Shown: positions 40,543-64,000 of the stretch, in pieces
Layout of the letters: each line of letters begins with the position of its first letter
How positions within the stretch are numbered: position 1 is the stretch's first letter
Assembly: GCA_030141605.1 (NCBI GenBank)
Contig: JAQGDQ010000293.1
Location: forward strand, 186,001-250,000
Source of the DNA: Tubiluchus corallicola
Taxonomy: Eukaryota; Animalia; Priapulida
Direction: 5' to 3'
Length of the DNA: 64,000 bases
Notes under the pieces: generated by a model
Told to the model about the DNA's origin: nothing
Database searches by the model: none
Seen by the model: the letters and a program-made list of their open reading frames with translations, nothing else
Program-made: the position numbers and the translations under genes

Positions 40543-40753
40543 AATGAGACTCGTGTAGTCGTGTATGTCTCGTAATGTACATAGAAGCATTTTAAATGTA
40601 TATTGGTGGTATGATTTTATGTTAAGAAAGCATTCAGTTAATGGCATTTAGTTGCTGTTCAGTTTACAACCAGTTCAGCAACAGTGACATGCAGAGCAGA
40701 GAATGACATTCATGGTGCAGTAAAGCATGTAAAATGAAATGATTGCCTGTTCA

Positions 40754-41492
40754 CAGTGCTTAAAGTGTATTTATTTAGGTAAGGGGTCTCATGGCGAACA
40801 GATCAGGAAACAGCTAGAAGATCAAGGAGAGTGCTGTAAGCTGCCCCATTGGGGTCCGGGGCTTATATTTTCCTTGTTTTTGAGCTTTTGAGAACTTTTT
40901 TAATGGTTGAAAAATGGTCAATTTAGTAAGCAATTTTTCAACCGTTTTTTGCCATTAAGAATTCAAAATTTGTCTTAATTCAAAAACAGCAATTTCTTTT
41001 TAATCAGTGAATTAAGTAGTTTTCATCCACTAGCTTTTATACTTTACCCGGTATAAGTCTTAACCTATTCAAACCGTTTAACCGCGAGGAATCTCTGAGC
41101 AAACAAAATACAGCAAGGTGCACTGACTCCAATTTACATGTTGATATACTTCTGCTAAAGACAATCACGCGGCTCACGCCAACTGATTGCAGCTAAATTT
41201 TGTGATCTCACTAAGTTAACTCATTATTCTTATACATAACTTCTCAAGAAACTTCTTTCTGTTTTCCTGAAAAGTTGTAACAACAAGGAGGCACCCATTG
41301 TTATCGTCTACAGTTCAATTTTGTTGACAGAAAGACGAAAATTGTGCTACTAATATGTGTTACGGATAGGCTTACATATAATTAAATGGTGATAAAGCTA
41401 AAAATATGCAACTCGGCGAGATGTTGTTTTTTCTTTAGGAGCAGGATCTGTAACTTTAGGTTCCTGACAGACCCGTCACACTTTAAGCACTG
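40754..41492. mobile_element. hAT-like MITE downstream of the DDX46 stop
   Basis: TIRs cagtgcttaaagtg / cactttaagcactg. Its right part and flank are duplicated at ~42527-42986. Confidence 0.65.
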
Positions 41493-41900
41493 CCTACCGG
41501 TTCAGTGACACATGTTAGAGGAACATCCTCGATAATTAGCCGTTAAGCAGCCCCAACAATTAATGCTAGCATTCTGTATTGCAGTTTGCTGAACTGCATT
41601 AAAAATGGACATTTGCCCATCTTGTTGGAAAATTATGAACCAGAATTGTAAAGTTAACTTTCTAGCCTGTGTGAGAATAAATAATGTGTTAACAATATTG
41701 ACATGTTGTCTGCTAATATTATTATAACATCGGTATACATGACTAAAGATGGACATACATTTGAAACTATAAAACAAATGAACTAAATGCATACTTACAT
41801 TCATAATTTACTGTGTATTTTGCAAACAATAAACGCTAGACGGAGGCTAATATCAATGACATAAATAATTGTTGCAGTTGAACTAATATGGTGGTCTAAG

Positions 41901-42400
41901 CAATGGCGTCTTGTAGCTAAAATTAGTAGGGGTGCCGCTTCAGCAAATTTTTAGCCAATGTTTTAATGCTGTGTAAAATAAAACAAACATTTAATTTTAA
42001 TGTTGTAATTTGTAATTGTAATTTTAAACAAACAAACATGTGGAAGTTTATACGTAAACTTGATAGAATCTTAAACAAAAGAAATGTTTTGCTTACTAAT
42101 AGCCCAACTTGTCATAGTTCAAGCTTGATCCATTCACAGTAAGCATGCGACAACTGACAACAAACTGTGTAAGGGACAGTACTTTCTCTACCTCGGCCCT
42201 GAAATGTGCGCAATGCGCATCCTGAGTGCACTGTGCTGGGCTGTGAAGCAAACAGTACTACCCTCAGTGTGCTCTGGTTCCATACAAGTATGAATAAAGA
42301 GCTAAATATCAAAGACTTATTATATTGAATATTATTGATAATATTAAGTGAAAATAGGGGATGCTGCAGTTCCACAGTATCTATACACTAGCCGCCATTG
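41901..42400. mobile_element. hAT-like MITE
   Basis: TIRs caatggcg / cgccattg and an 8-bp TSD ggtctaag / tgtctaag. Confidence 0.65.
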
Positions 42401-42526
42401 TGTCTAAGCATCGACTAGTAAAACTGTATCAATGTTATAAGTTTGTAACCATGATTCAGTTTTTACAGGGCTAAACCCTTACCAGCGGATCATGTCATTG
42501 ATACCAATGCATATATATATATATAC

Positions 42527-42986
42527 AAAATACAGCGATGTGCACTAGTTCCAGTTTATACGTTGATATACTTCTGGCAAAGACAATCACGAGGCTCACG
42601 CCAACTGATTGCAGCTAAATTTTGTTTTCAAGTCTAAAGTAAAATAAGTTACTAGGCGATAAAATGAGTAAACTCATTTTTATGTACAACTTCTCAAGAA
42701 ACGTTTTAGTTTTTAATTGAAGAAGTTGCAACAACGACAAGGTGCCCATTGTTATCGTCTACAGTTCAATTTTGTTGACTGAAAGATTGAAATTTTGCTA
42801 CTAACATGTGTTGCCAATTGGCTTATAGATAATTAAATGGCGAGAAAAATAAAAATATGCGACCCGGCGAGACGTTGTTTTTGTAGGTGCAGGGTTTGTA
42901 CCTTTAGGTTCCGGGTCTGCGACCCTGACAGACCCGGTGCACTTTAAGCACTGCCGGTTCAGTGGCATGTGGAATATTCTCGATAA
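42527..42986. repeat. Diverged duplicate of ~41106-41535
   Basis: Shared blocks such as gacaatcacg.ggctcacgccaactgattgcagctaaattttg and cccattgttatcgtctacagttcaattttgttgac. Confidence 0.8.
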
Positions 42987-43124
42987 TAAAAAAGGATATC
43001 ATTAACTACACACACACACACATATATAAGTGCACCGGATGTATATATATCTTTTTTTAATCAACTTGTCATGGTCCTGATCGTATTGTGTTGATTTTTA
43101 CCTTGTATTACATTATCTAGTTAA

Positions 43125-43715
43125 AGCAAAACCAGACCCAATCTTAAATTGTATGTCAAACGTACTACTTTTTCAAAAATGACTTACATAAAAGAATTAT
43201 TACCACACAAACACAGTTTCGCGTTCGTGCCACTAGTTCTTTGCTGTTACATGCATTTCGCTAGTTAGACAGGCACTAGCGCCTGCATTTTGGAAAATGC
43301 AGTGCATAAAAAACAGGTGCTGTATCTTTCAGTTCAGATGTGTCTGTTTATGACGAACTACATATATTCAACAGCTCATGCATGAGCACAGCGGTGAATT
43401 TGAAATTTCAATTTGTCTTAAAACTTGCCTAGTTTTAATACAACACACTGAATATCTTACGGTAGCACTCTACTCCCAATTTTCACTTTTGCAAACACAT
43501 GCAAGACGCTCGTGGAATGTCTTTGCTGTTGAAAATTATCTTAGTTTGTTAGGATTATCTTAGGATGTCAAAATAGCTGGGCTCGCCTGCCTTTAATTAA
43601 AATTTTAATCTATTATTTAATTATCATAAACGCTTTTGCAGTATTAATTGTGGTAAAATGTATACTTTTTATTGGACTTTTATTGAGGTAGTATATGAAA
43701 AATCTTTGTTTTCCT
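43125..43715. mobile_element. Kolobok-like non-autonomous element, copy 2
   Basis: TTAA|agcaaaac...gttttcct|TTAA. Homologous to 18411-18871. Confidence 0.6.
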
Positions 43716-44732
43716 TTAAAGTTTTAAAAATACTGTAAACAGTGAAGTCAATATGCAGTAAATGAAAGCCCATAAATATGCAAATTTCAATAACATGTGT
43801 TTCATATGCTTGTTTTGAAGATACTAAGCACTTGACTTGCCTATGCTACCAAATTTATTTAATTGTGCTGAAAATTAAATAAAGAAGACGTATTTTGCCA
43901 AATTCATTTATTAAATTATGTTAGCTGTCATGATAAAAGCAAAATATTAAATTTCAAAATTACGAAAACTCCTTTTGATCAGAACTTGACTAGTCTGTAT
44001 TGTTATTCATTTACAAGCATTTTCTAAAGAATTAATGCATCAACGAATTAATTGTTAGTACAATTAGCAGCCTATCTCAATCACAAAATATAAAAAATCC
44101 GACTAGATTTATCCAGATCTACAACATGTATATTTTGCCGATTAAACCTTCGGTTAGTGCAACTCAAAATAAATTGACAAAAACCATCCAGATTTGCACC
44201 GAATGTTGCGCCACGTTCAACATGGACCGCCGATGATTCAAGCCAGTTACTTTTTTTGCAAAATCTTTAACTGCTCAGTAAGACAAAGATTATCGGCCAA
44301 TATTTTTTGAAATCAAATATTTACACTAAAAATAAAGACCTCTCAAAAGACTCTGTGCGTGTAACTGCGTATTGATAATTGCGTACACTATCGGCAATAA
44401 TGCAGTCAAATTAAATGACAGACAAATTGGTTTGGCATGAAAATATCTCAGTAAAGTACATACAACACCTCAGTATACAAAGCATCACAGATTTTGCCTT
44501 ATGTTAATTGATCACTAACCACCATAGCCTGAACCAAGTTAACAGACAAGCAGCAAAGAAATTTACAAAACTGTCTTTGAAGGAGAGCTCCACATGCAAC
44601 AAAAAAATTAAGCAGTACATTCATTCTTTCATCAGATGTGTTTTTAAGGCCGTTTTACAAGGGTGGCAGTACCGCTGACAAAGCTGGTGGTGCATTTTGA
44701 CATAAAAGGTCCAGGCAGGTGTACAGGACTCA

Positions 44733-46930
44733 TTAGCTGGCCGCGGCAGAATGCGGCATTCCGGTCAAATCCATAAATGATCGTTGACCCAGCTCAAATT
44801 TTTCCGTCGTCTCTCTGAATTTTTCCACCAGTTTGCTCAACTTTACGCTTTCTGGTGTTTTGCCTTCAACAGAGACCTCTACTGGTGAAATGGTGATGCT
44901 CGTCTCCTCAGTGCCGTTCTTCTTGATAACGGTTTTTCGATAAACTTTCCTCTTTAATATAATTCTGGAAAACAAAGTTTGTCATTAATTAATAGAGTTA
45001 TAAATTTGCTTACTGGCTGTTTCAATACAGTTATATGGGAGCTTGCCACAAAAAAAAGAATAACTAACACTGTCTACAGTCAATACTCTTGTGACTTGTA
45101 ATTTTAAGGCTTCATTTAGGCTTGTTACACAAAAAAACAACAACATAATAATGAATAAAGTTACTATACTGCAGAAAACGGCATGCTGATCTTTCTATAC
45201 TTAACTTCTGTTATGCCTGGATCCATACACAAAAGAGAAAATATATGACATAAAGTATATCAACAGCAACACAACAAAAAGTATTGGCTATAACCATTTA
45301 GGATAATCAAATTTTATTAAAGGCGATCCTATCTATAAAAGACGATTTCTATCTATTTCTATTTTTATCTATTTATTTTTCTCTTAGAAATCAGCCAAGC
45401 ATATGTGAAAAAAAAATAGGGTTCAGCACAACCAATGCATTAAAGTACTGGAATAACACTAATTGGTTGATAAGAAACAAATTCTTTGTCAATAATTTGC
45501 TTTTAAAAACATGCTGTCTTAAGTGGGAGGGCAGGCAGTTCATCGCTTTGACTGATCTCTTCTGTTTGTTCCAGCTGCAACACTTCATTTTATTTGGACG
45601 CTTAATGAGTGATTAAGTGTCCATTGTAAACAAATAGTCCTTACTTCAGTGTGACGTGCTAAAACTACAAACAACTAAGTGAGCTACCAAAGACAAACCT
45701 GCAAAAAGCCGATACACGTTTCACAAACTTACTTTGATTTTTTGGGCAGTTCCAACGTAGGCGGTGCAACCTCGACTGATTCTGATGGTAGACTGTCGAG
45801 AGTTTCTAGACTGCTGGTTTTCGCTTTGAACCAAATTCCACTGTCTTCTGAATCATAAGACACTTCCGGATCATCTTTACTGGACAGTTGGTAGGAAAAG
45901 CGACGAGGTGGCTGTGGACTTAACTGAGCTGTAATGATTAGAATGTTGTGAACACAGCAAAACTAGAAACGCAAACACACAATTTCATAGAAGTCATTTT
46001 TGCAGAAAACTGCAATAAATTTGCTCAAATCACTATAAAAAGATTATAATCAACAAAATGTTGTCCAATTTTTAAATTTTAGCTAAGACATGACTATTGA
46101 CTATTAGAATTTTTTATATTGTATATTAAACCAACCTACCTAATGCATTGCAGTGAAAAGGTATCCTCCGTGCTGAAAGGGGAGTGTCTCCCTCTCTTGC
46201 TACAAAGTTTGTACACTTTGACACAAGATCAAACTTCTTCTCGGTATGTGGCGTTGATTCTGGTGACTCAGAACCCAAACGCAGGACAGATTGGGGATGA
46301 ACAATCGGCCTACAAAAAGTAGTTGTTCATTATTTACTCATCTTGTATCTCTAGACTCTTTTATACTTACATTTTGTATTTTAATTGATTCAGTTTTAGG
46401 ACATACAACACTGGACTATAAGCAAGCTGTTTTATATTAGTCTAAAACGTTTCTTGCACCAAAGTTTGTTTTATAGCAGCCCCAAAAGTTTCTTACTGTC
46501 TAGCCTGAATGTCTGAGCAAGTTACTCTTGACACTTCTCACAGTGAATAGATTATAGAGAAGGGAGTCTCAGCTCGCACTTACTATAGGAAAGTAACTCA
46601 CAGCGAGTTGTGCTCTCTGGTATGAACGCGCTTGCGAGTTACATAGCAGGTTAACTTGGCAAGAAAACCCACTAGTCTGAACACGCCGTTAGGCAACATC
46701 GCTAATAATTACAGCACACATCTCATGCATGACACACACTTAAAGCCTGCACTGTAAGAACATGACTCACTTGCTTTTGCAAAAGAATCTTTTGAAAAGG
46801 AATTGCACAGCTAACTACAATTATCAAGATTACCTGAATTCAACATGATTCTTTTTAGGATCTCTGTTAGACAGATACTTAACTCCAACAACTACAGCAG
46901 TCGCAGCAAGTGCAACCTTGGCAACATTAC
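44733..46930 (-). CDS. Uncharacterised protein, at least 4 exons, start codon unresolved
   Basis: GT-AG exons 46930-46834, 46309-46140, 45928-45733 and 44964-44733 splice into one open frame of ~230 codons (NVAKVALAATAVVVGVKYL...QPPRRFSYQ...IILKRKVYRKTVIKK...AAAS*). No recognisable family. Confidence 0.6.
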
Positions 46931-49900
46931 CTACAAAACAAACATGAAAGTGGCTTAAAGAATCGGCACGTACAAGTTACAACACCTTGACAAAAAAAAC
47001 AAAAGAAATTGAAACCTGGCACAATACCTTACCTGCTTATTCCTGCCTCATAGAAGGTGTCAACTAGAATTAACACTTAAAAATGTTTCAATAATTTGCT
47101 GAGTTAATCATTACTTTAAATTACTAGATTTCACGGATTTGACATTTAGTTAATTTGCAACACAACACATGAATACCTAATGCAAGCTTCTATAATAACA
47201 GATATTTACTGTATCATAACTTACTGTCAATAAACAGACTGTTTTGTAACAACAACTGACTTGCTCGAATGCTGACACACGCTATATAAAGTGTTGACAA
47301 AAGCACTCCCATGAGATAAACAACTGTTTTTCTTTCTCAACTCAATCAAATTACATAAACAAGTAGTTTGTGGCAAACATAAACTACTGTTTTCTAGTTG
47401 GTCGCTTCAGGCTGCTATACGATAAACTCATTAAGCTTAACTGAACTCTTTCACTAACATCACGAATGCGGCGGGCAATTAGGCACATCGAACTTGCTAC
47501 ATTGATCAACTTCGTCGTCTGCTTTTGCGCAGAAACGGTCGGCGGACCAGGTCCCTTCCATGGTACTTCAGACTAGACTCCATGGGTGATATTAACAACA
47601 ACGTCTATGGTTTCGCACAATCAACAACATTCTAGTTAACAATCACAGCAGGGTTTTGCTACATAAAGTCAGTGAAGGGCAAACTAGAAGCTAAAAATAG
47701 CAACACCGATAACTGACATAAATATTAATCACAACGCTGAATGTCAACTATGGATATAAAGTCAATATACAAGGTTCTACCTAAAACGAATTAAAAATTC
47801 ACAATAAAATCGCGGGCAAAATAAAAGCTGACTAACGCAGGGTACTAGAGGGTAAGAGAGGAAACCTAAAATAAGTGACCAACATAAACAAAGACTGCAA
47901 AACCTCAATGTTCTGTCAACTGATATTCTTAAGCCAAAACAGCTCCAAAAATAGACCTTAAAATGCATGCGAGTTATTGACCAGTGCGTAGTGAAATCAA
48001 AACCTACAAGTAAACATCTTAATGGATCTACAACTGTTGAAAACTAAAACTGAAAAAGCCTCATGGCAAAATGGTTTTGACAACAACAATAAACAGAAAT
48101 GGATAAACAAAAATACAAGTTAAGAATATACACACAATTAAGAAGAAAATTAAGAATAATCTCTACGATTTAACATTTGCAAGAAGAAAAACGTTTCAAT
48201 TCAATTATGTAAAAAATTACAGCCACCCCCTCCGGGCATGAATGGAACAAGTCACATAGAAACCAAAACACCCATTCCACGATAGGTTGTTTTGTTTGCG
48301 TGACTTTAGTAGAAATAAACAGAAACAATTTGAGGTGCCCTAGCCGTCTGCTGTCGACTAAAAACGATAAGAGGCAATTGGTAGAGCCAGCAAAGTGACA
48401 GGAAAGAATGAATGACATTAAAGACAGAGGGTAGTGTAGGCTGCTGCCAAAAGTCCTTAGCAAAACATCTATGGAAATTGGGGACATGGTTATAGGCAAT
48501 TGTTTCAAATATTTCTCTGGAGCCCTAAAATCAACTCAGAGCTCCCCCACGCAAAGTGAAACATGCCCAAGTTAAACCTCCCTCATTAGCTAATGCAGAA
48601 ACAAACTGGAAGCTGCAACTGGAGAAAGTCGGGCCGTGCACAGAAAGCGAAAATCCGGGAGAGGAATACAGTGATTTTTGTATGTGCTGCGCAGTGTTAC
48701 AAACTGGCATTTTTGCTCGCAATCTAGAACATCATTTACAACAAACCGGTGAAGAAGCGTTTTTCTTGTCATTGTCATGGTTTTGGTTGAGTTTGCAACA
48801 GAGGGAGAATGTGCAATTTATGAGCATAACAGAAAAAGGCAACTATGTGAATTGACATGAAATATTCAAAGTCAGGAATATTCTAAATGAATGCTATCAC
48901 TGCTGTGGTTTGCAGTGCAATGTGATTCAGCGAAACGATCACAACAAACGGGCACAAAGTCATCTATGAAGAGCAATTGTTTTGACTATTGATCAAAAAG
49001 TATAATTTTGAATTTGCGTAGAAGTGAATCTGAGTAGAAGTGAAAAGTGAGTTCGTAAATGCAGTTTCTACCAATGAATTTGCTACGCTGTACTGCCAGT
49101 GTAGATAGAATGACAACGAATTGGCAGTTCAATCAAACCATGTTACAATGCCCCCTTTACAATGCCAACCTGCCCAAATTTTTGGCAAAACGAAATATCT
49201 GTATTTTTGCACGGCCATGTATACATTGATGCACCGTGTTATAATGCTAAACTTGTTTAATGCCAACCGTTTTGCAGTCCCAAAGTAGGTGGTATAAACA
49301 TCTCTGGCTGTAAACATTATATTTTTAGACTTATCATAATAAGAAATCACCACATAAAAATATTATTAAAAACTCTTTAATGAATTTGAAATAAAATAAA
49401 ATTCAACAAATAAAATAATAAGCAAAAAATGAACTTGGACCTAAATTTTTGTTTTCTTGAATTTTGGCTTGCAAAATGGATGGCGTGTCTTGCAAACAAA
49501 TCTTCATAAGGGGTCATTGAGCTCAGTAAGACTTGAACAGGTCCTAAGCAGATTGAGTTACTTAATGTTTGCTTCTTAATTTTAAGTTCCAAACTACCAA
49601 AGTTTCCAATGCTCAGTGTTATTATAAAAATGGCACATGAACATAAGGCTATAATTGACTAAGTTCAATATTGCGACCAGTGAGAAAAACGGGTTAACAG
49701 GACAACAGTCTAAAAGGTGGAATGTCTGGCAACTCTAGGGAGAAACGAATGGGACATGTAATAATGGTGCGATAAATAAGGGTTTTACTAGTATAATGCA
49801 ATAAAGGACCGAAGTGAAAAATGGGAAAAAACATCACGCATATGACTTTTTTCCTCACAGCCATTATTTTACCATGCCATTAATTGTTTTTACCCTACTT

Positions 49901-52900
49901 TTACTTGTTTAAGCAACTGTAGTCATCTCATCATATTCTTCAATATTTTTCTGCTTTTATTTTTAATTTAATTTTTGTATTCATTATTCTCCACTCATTA
50001 TTTTAAAAACAGAAGAAATGAATCTTGTTTACCACAACGGATATAAGAGTGTTTTTAATATTTATTTTGCATTGCACAAGTATTTGATTGGCTTGTATTG
50101 TTGTACAAGTATAAATGTATTGCAACGTACTCAAAACAAATCAAGAGACAACAAAGTGACACCGCCTACAGTTTTATTTTCTAAAAACTTACCGTTAATT
50201 GCACTTCTCAGAAAATCAGACAGCATGATAAAAAATTATTTAGTGAAATGACAGTACGTTATTTGGATTCGGAATAAACACGGACAAGTGAAAAACTGAT
50301 CTAATTTGGTACAAACAAAATTTTGATAAACTATCCTACGTCAGAAGCCATCTTTTATTATTGTCCGGAATCAAGTAACCGATAACTCGTTTCTTCAGTC
50401 TTCAGAAATCTTACGATCCAATGAATTAACCATTAGTTAATCTAAGCTGTCTATGCAGCTACAGCGCAGACAGGTTAGGCCTAAGAGCTTCTGTTAATTA
50501 CAGTATTTCATTTTTAAGCGATTTAGTTTTAGCAGTTTAACTGAATAGGTAGAATTTGTGCAGTGTGCTCTATGAGTTTATGTAGCTATGAGAGCTGCTG
50601 TAGTCCATGTAATAGCCCTGTAATAAGTACAAGATCAACAAGGTTTCAGAGCGCATATTTTGTAGCTCCAAGCTGGATGTAAAAAAAACACCCTCTTGCC
50701 TAATCTGTCGAGTGGGCTTGTTGCAACTCATGATACTTTAGGGAAAGGTGACGAATAGTGGCAAGATTATGGAGTTAGTTTGCCTGTTTAGCTAGGCTAC
50801 GCAGTTTTGAAAACGCGTTTTTAATCACGTAAACTAAAATAACCTCGCGCTAAAATAACCCCCTGGCAGTTCCAGATTCTAATGTGAAGGTTTTTGTAGA
50901 GTGTGACTAAATTTTAAATTAACTCACGGGTGTCAATAGCTGCACCAAGTCAAAACTAGTGTGCATCAGTTTTGTGCACTGTACGATATTATTACAACAC
51001 GCAAGCAAGAATATTTAATGTGATGTCCCAAACTAAGAAGTAAGCAGCCAATAGAAAAGTTCGAGATTGACTGATAATACTGAAAAATGCGCATTTTACG
51101 TTCACAGTCACACAAGTTAGATAGATAATTTATTCATCTCTTTGCCAGGCAAATGTGCTTAGATTTGAATATTATATATTTTGATGTTTTAATAAGAAAA
51201 TAAGTATATTCTTTCATGATGAGTCAAAAAATGCAACAATTTTTATATGTAATGGTATTTTAAATTCTGATGTTTTTATTCTGTCTAAATTGCACAGTAG
51301 ATGGAGGCAGTACAAACTATTATAATTCATGAATATTTGCTAATAATCATTGTATTTTATTTTTTACTTTCCACCAATCCTTATATTTTATTATGTGTTT
51401 GAGTTCTATGTAAATTATTTTTATGTAAATTTTACGCATACATGTATTACGTGTTCTATGAGCTTTTTGTAAATTTTACTTACTTACTGAGTTGTATACA
51501 TAACGTGAATCAAAACAAACAAAATTCAATTAGAATGGAGAAAGGGTGTGGAAAAACCAAACGGTTATCGAATCAGCCATCCTAAAAGTTAGACGTATAG
51601 GGACAAAATTAGGCCTGTAAACTTATAGTCTGATGTAACATTCGCATCTTACAACTGCGGTTTATTTTTGTTGTCCCCAATGTTGCCTATACCCACAATA
51701 ACTCACACAATACTTTCATTAAACTTTCATTGTCATTGTTGACGTAAAAAAAATAAATTTCGCAAATTTTTGCCTTTTGATTTTTCTGTATGTACATATG
51801 TTCTCCACTTACTTAAAGCTAACCAATTTAAAACAATATAAAACTTTTGAAACTGAAACACAAGTTTTATTATTATACACTTACTGCAACTTAACACATA
51901 AACACCTTAACCTAGAAACTGCCATACAATAATAATAACGGACAATTAAAATTAAAAACATTATAGTGGTTGCAAACAGTTAATTTCTTGTTCACAAAAT
52001 CGACTGGAAAACGTAAAGCTTCTAATATTTCAATTTTTACGAACTGCAATAGTTGTAGCCAGAGATAATAGTTGTAGCCATAGATAATAATATACGTAGT
52101 ATGTATACTATAGCTGTAAGACAAAAAAGGTCAGTGCCATTTATATTGTCAAGAAATGGATTCATTACACGTCCATGTTACTTGCAGGTCATAATACATT
52201 TGTAAAAGCATGTTGACAATGCATTTACAGAACACAAACAAACTGCAAAAAACGTGCATCATTTCTTACAATTTTGCAAAAACTACAGTTCAAGAAAATC
52301 ATTTATTATAGGCCAACGACATAAGTACTTTAAAATATGGAAATCTGTGGTGGTATGCTAAACACCTCTATTGCAAACTGAACTACAGACAACACATTGC
52401 TTAATTTGAAACACGAATAAACTGAAAAAACACAACATTTATAATCATAGGTAACATAAATATCAATAGGCGTGATTATAGTAACCCTTATTACACTTGA
52501 AAGAACAGCACTGCGAAACAGGACTATGGCTTGTAAACACGGCACAAAATCTAGAAATTGGTCTTATTAATTATATTATGTTCAAAGGAGAGCAGTAGGA
52601 CTTTGATGCAAATTCAACTACAGTTGAATCAACTCCCAACTCAAATCATTTGCAAAATATCAATTCTTTCAATCAATTTCAACTTGACCTAAAAGTAATG
52701 ACATATGTTCGACACCAGTTGCAAAGATTTGAGACAAAATGGTGGTAGTTAAACAAATGTTCTTGTTGGCCATTTTAATACCTGTGAAAGTTGGTTAACT
52801 TGAAATGAAATAGCATAAAGCAATAGTCACTAGTTGTTTCAACTATAGTTGAACATATAAGCACATATCATTGAGCATATGAAACACATGTCTGACCTTA

Positions 52901-54661
52901 AGACAATAGCAATCTACTTCATACACATTTGTTTTGCTTGGTATTTGTATTTATAACACCTTATATTTCCTTGTCTAATTTTTAAGTATAAAACTTTTCC
53001 ACTTTCGTGAAATAAAGAAAACATTAGATATGAGTGATAATCTTTAAAACGTGATAACATTTACATAATTGTATTATATAATTAAATAATATAGGCCAAC
53101 CACTAAATCACAAACGAAAGCATGCAAATTCATAAGTGCAAACGTAACAGTGAATTAATTACACCAACCAGACAGTGCGCGTGATAATAACAATGTAAAC
53201 AACAATCAACATGTGCATGCATTCAAACAATTATAATGTTTTAAAACATTCTATAACATAATTTAAAATAAAAAAAATTACCGATATATAATCTTATCGC
53301 TAACATAATAAACGTAGTAAAGTTTCTAAAACGATGGGGAAGCAAATATCAGCACAACATGTTTTCCATTTCGTATCTAAACAGAAAATTCACTAAACGA
53401 CATAATTCACAGTATCTGCATAGTCACGATTTGATTATATTTTAACACTGATGTGCCAAGAAGCAACAGAATATGAAACAGCATGTTGCGCAATGCGATC
53501 GTTTGCAAATTTCAAACAACTAACCATTTGTTTTCAGATTTTGCTTGTCTTATCACGATTGTTGTTTCACAAAAGTACTAGAGTTCTCAATACTGTTGTT
53601 TTTCTCCATAATTCATTAAACTATTATGACAAGCTAGCAAATCTGTACAATATACTGAAAAGTTAATGTGAGCAAGTATGCATGTGAACAAGCTCATGGT
53701 TCAAACAGAGCTTAGTGACACTTCTTATCTTCCATATTAAATACTTATTGCCTTTATGTGACACTTACTAAAAATGGCCTACTCCTTTGCAATGTGTCAC
53801 AGTAACAACAATAAAAAGTATCATTTTTTTCAATGATGATGCCATATGTTATAGAAAAGAACAAGAAAAAGAAACTGAATAAAAATAAAATTTCAAACAA
53901 CAGTACTACAGATACTAAATATTTAAAAGTATGAAACACGCAAATTTTTAATGTACACTAAATTACAAGCAATAGTATAATGGTTTTGGTAGTTTTTAAT
54001 CATTCTGCTAAACCTACACAGCTCTGCTAAGGACGAAATTGGCAAACAAGCTATGAGATTTGTTTTCTGGGTATAAGTGCTTTAAAAGTTCTTTTTTTGA
54101 AACTAAAACACTTAACATCTGGACTACATGTACACGTAAAGGTGTATAAGGGCTGGTACTTATACATGTGTGAAATGCAATTCTGTAATTCTCTATGCTA
54201 CAAATTCCAAAACACGATGTGCATAGTGAGTCAACGTAACACAGCACTAAAGATAAGCTGTTTCCACCTTTTCATATTGCAGTGCAGCCAGAGAAAAGAA
54301 ATTTCTTCATTGATCATTGCAGTCAGCGATTGTGGGCCTGACTACGGTGATGTCTACAAAATGTCTGCCATATTTACTTAGTGGGACCTAATATAAAATG
54401 CCACAGGTGCTACAGAAGTGAACAATCAACAGAAATAAAAAATCAAATGACACAATTCAAAACCAACGCAACTGATCTCAAATAGACGCATCTCATTTGT
54501 GAAAATAAAACGTGGAAAAATGAATGGTAAAACTCACTGACAAAACTAACTACTTGGAATTGTGACAGACAGACGTTTCTGAATATATAAAAATGTTTAA
54601 GCTATGCAGTCGACGTTCAGTCTTTCATGGATGCACAAAAGAGGAATATCTCGCATAAAAC

Positions 54662-63712
<9,051 letters not shown>

Positions 63713-64000
63713 CTGGAAAAACAAAAAATTTAAACTAGATATGATAACATTATTTAGACCAATAAAAACAACACCGAACAGGCATATAATCAGTCATCAT
63801 GTTGGGTGCTGCAGTGTAACACAACATTGTATTTTTGCAGGGCGTTTCCCAATTAATGTACAGATGTTTGTCAGATTACACATTTTAGAACAAAGTTCTC
63901 TTTTTTTTGTTTAGTCGTAAATATCCGAGTAGGAATAGATAAATATATTACATAATGCGTATCTATTACTACATAATACGTTTTTCTATGCAAGGTGCAC

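Noticed and set aside
48170-48855. 60-112 aa ORFs upstream of the orphan gene
   Set aside because: No recognisable homology, and no phase-compatible donor could be linked to the 46930 acceptor.

Overview
AT-rich, intron-rich invertebrate metazoan genomic DNA with one 488-nt N gap. Manual splice-site and phase reconstruction gives five genes: (1) the 3' part of a synaptotagmin-15-like C2 protein (+, 104-5432); (2) prefoldin subunit 4 (-, 7817-11852), which has a U12-type AT-AC intron; (3) a complete 19-exon DDX46/Prp5 helicase (+, 13370-40542), head-to-head with PFDN4; (4) an uncharacterised 4-exon gene with no identifiable start (-, 44733-46930); (5) the 3' part of macroH2A (-, 54662-63712). 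The main discovery is in macroH2A. It has two tandem paralogous 175-nt exons that must be mutually exclusive and that swap the ADP-ribose diphosphate-binding loop (PSISSGR vs PAMSYGA). This is a different exon from the one switched in vertebrate macroH2A1.1/1.2. A near-perfect 19-bp intronic complementarity could loop out one of the two exons, as in docking-site/selector splicing. Other notable items: a ~64-copy minisatellite built from a DDX46 exon/intron junction, a ~440-nt G.U-rich rod-like RNA fold in the PFDN4-DDX46 intergenic region, two candidate box C/D RNAs in DDX46 introns, three bipartite RTE-derived retroelements with TSDs, and many DNA-transposon MITEs. All calls come from reading the sequence and recalling family sequences; no database searches were run.
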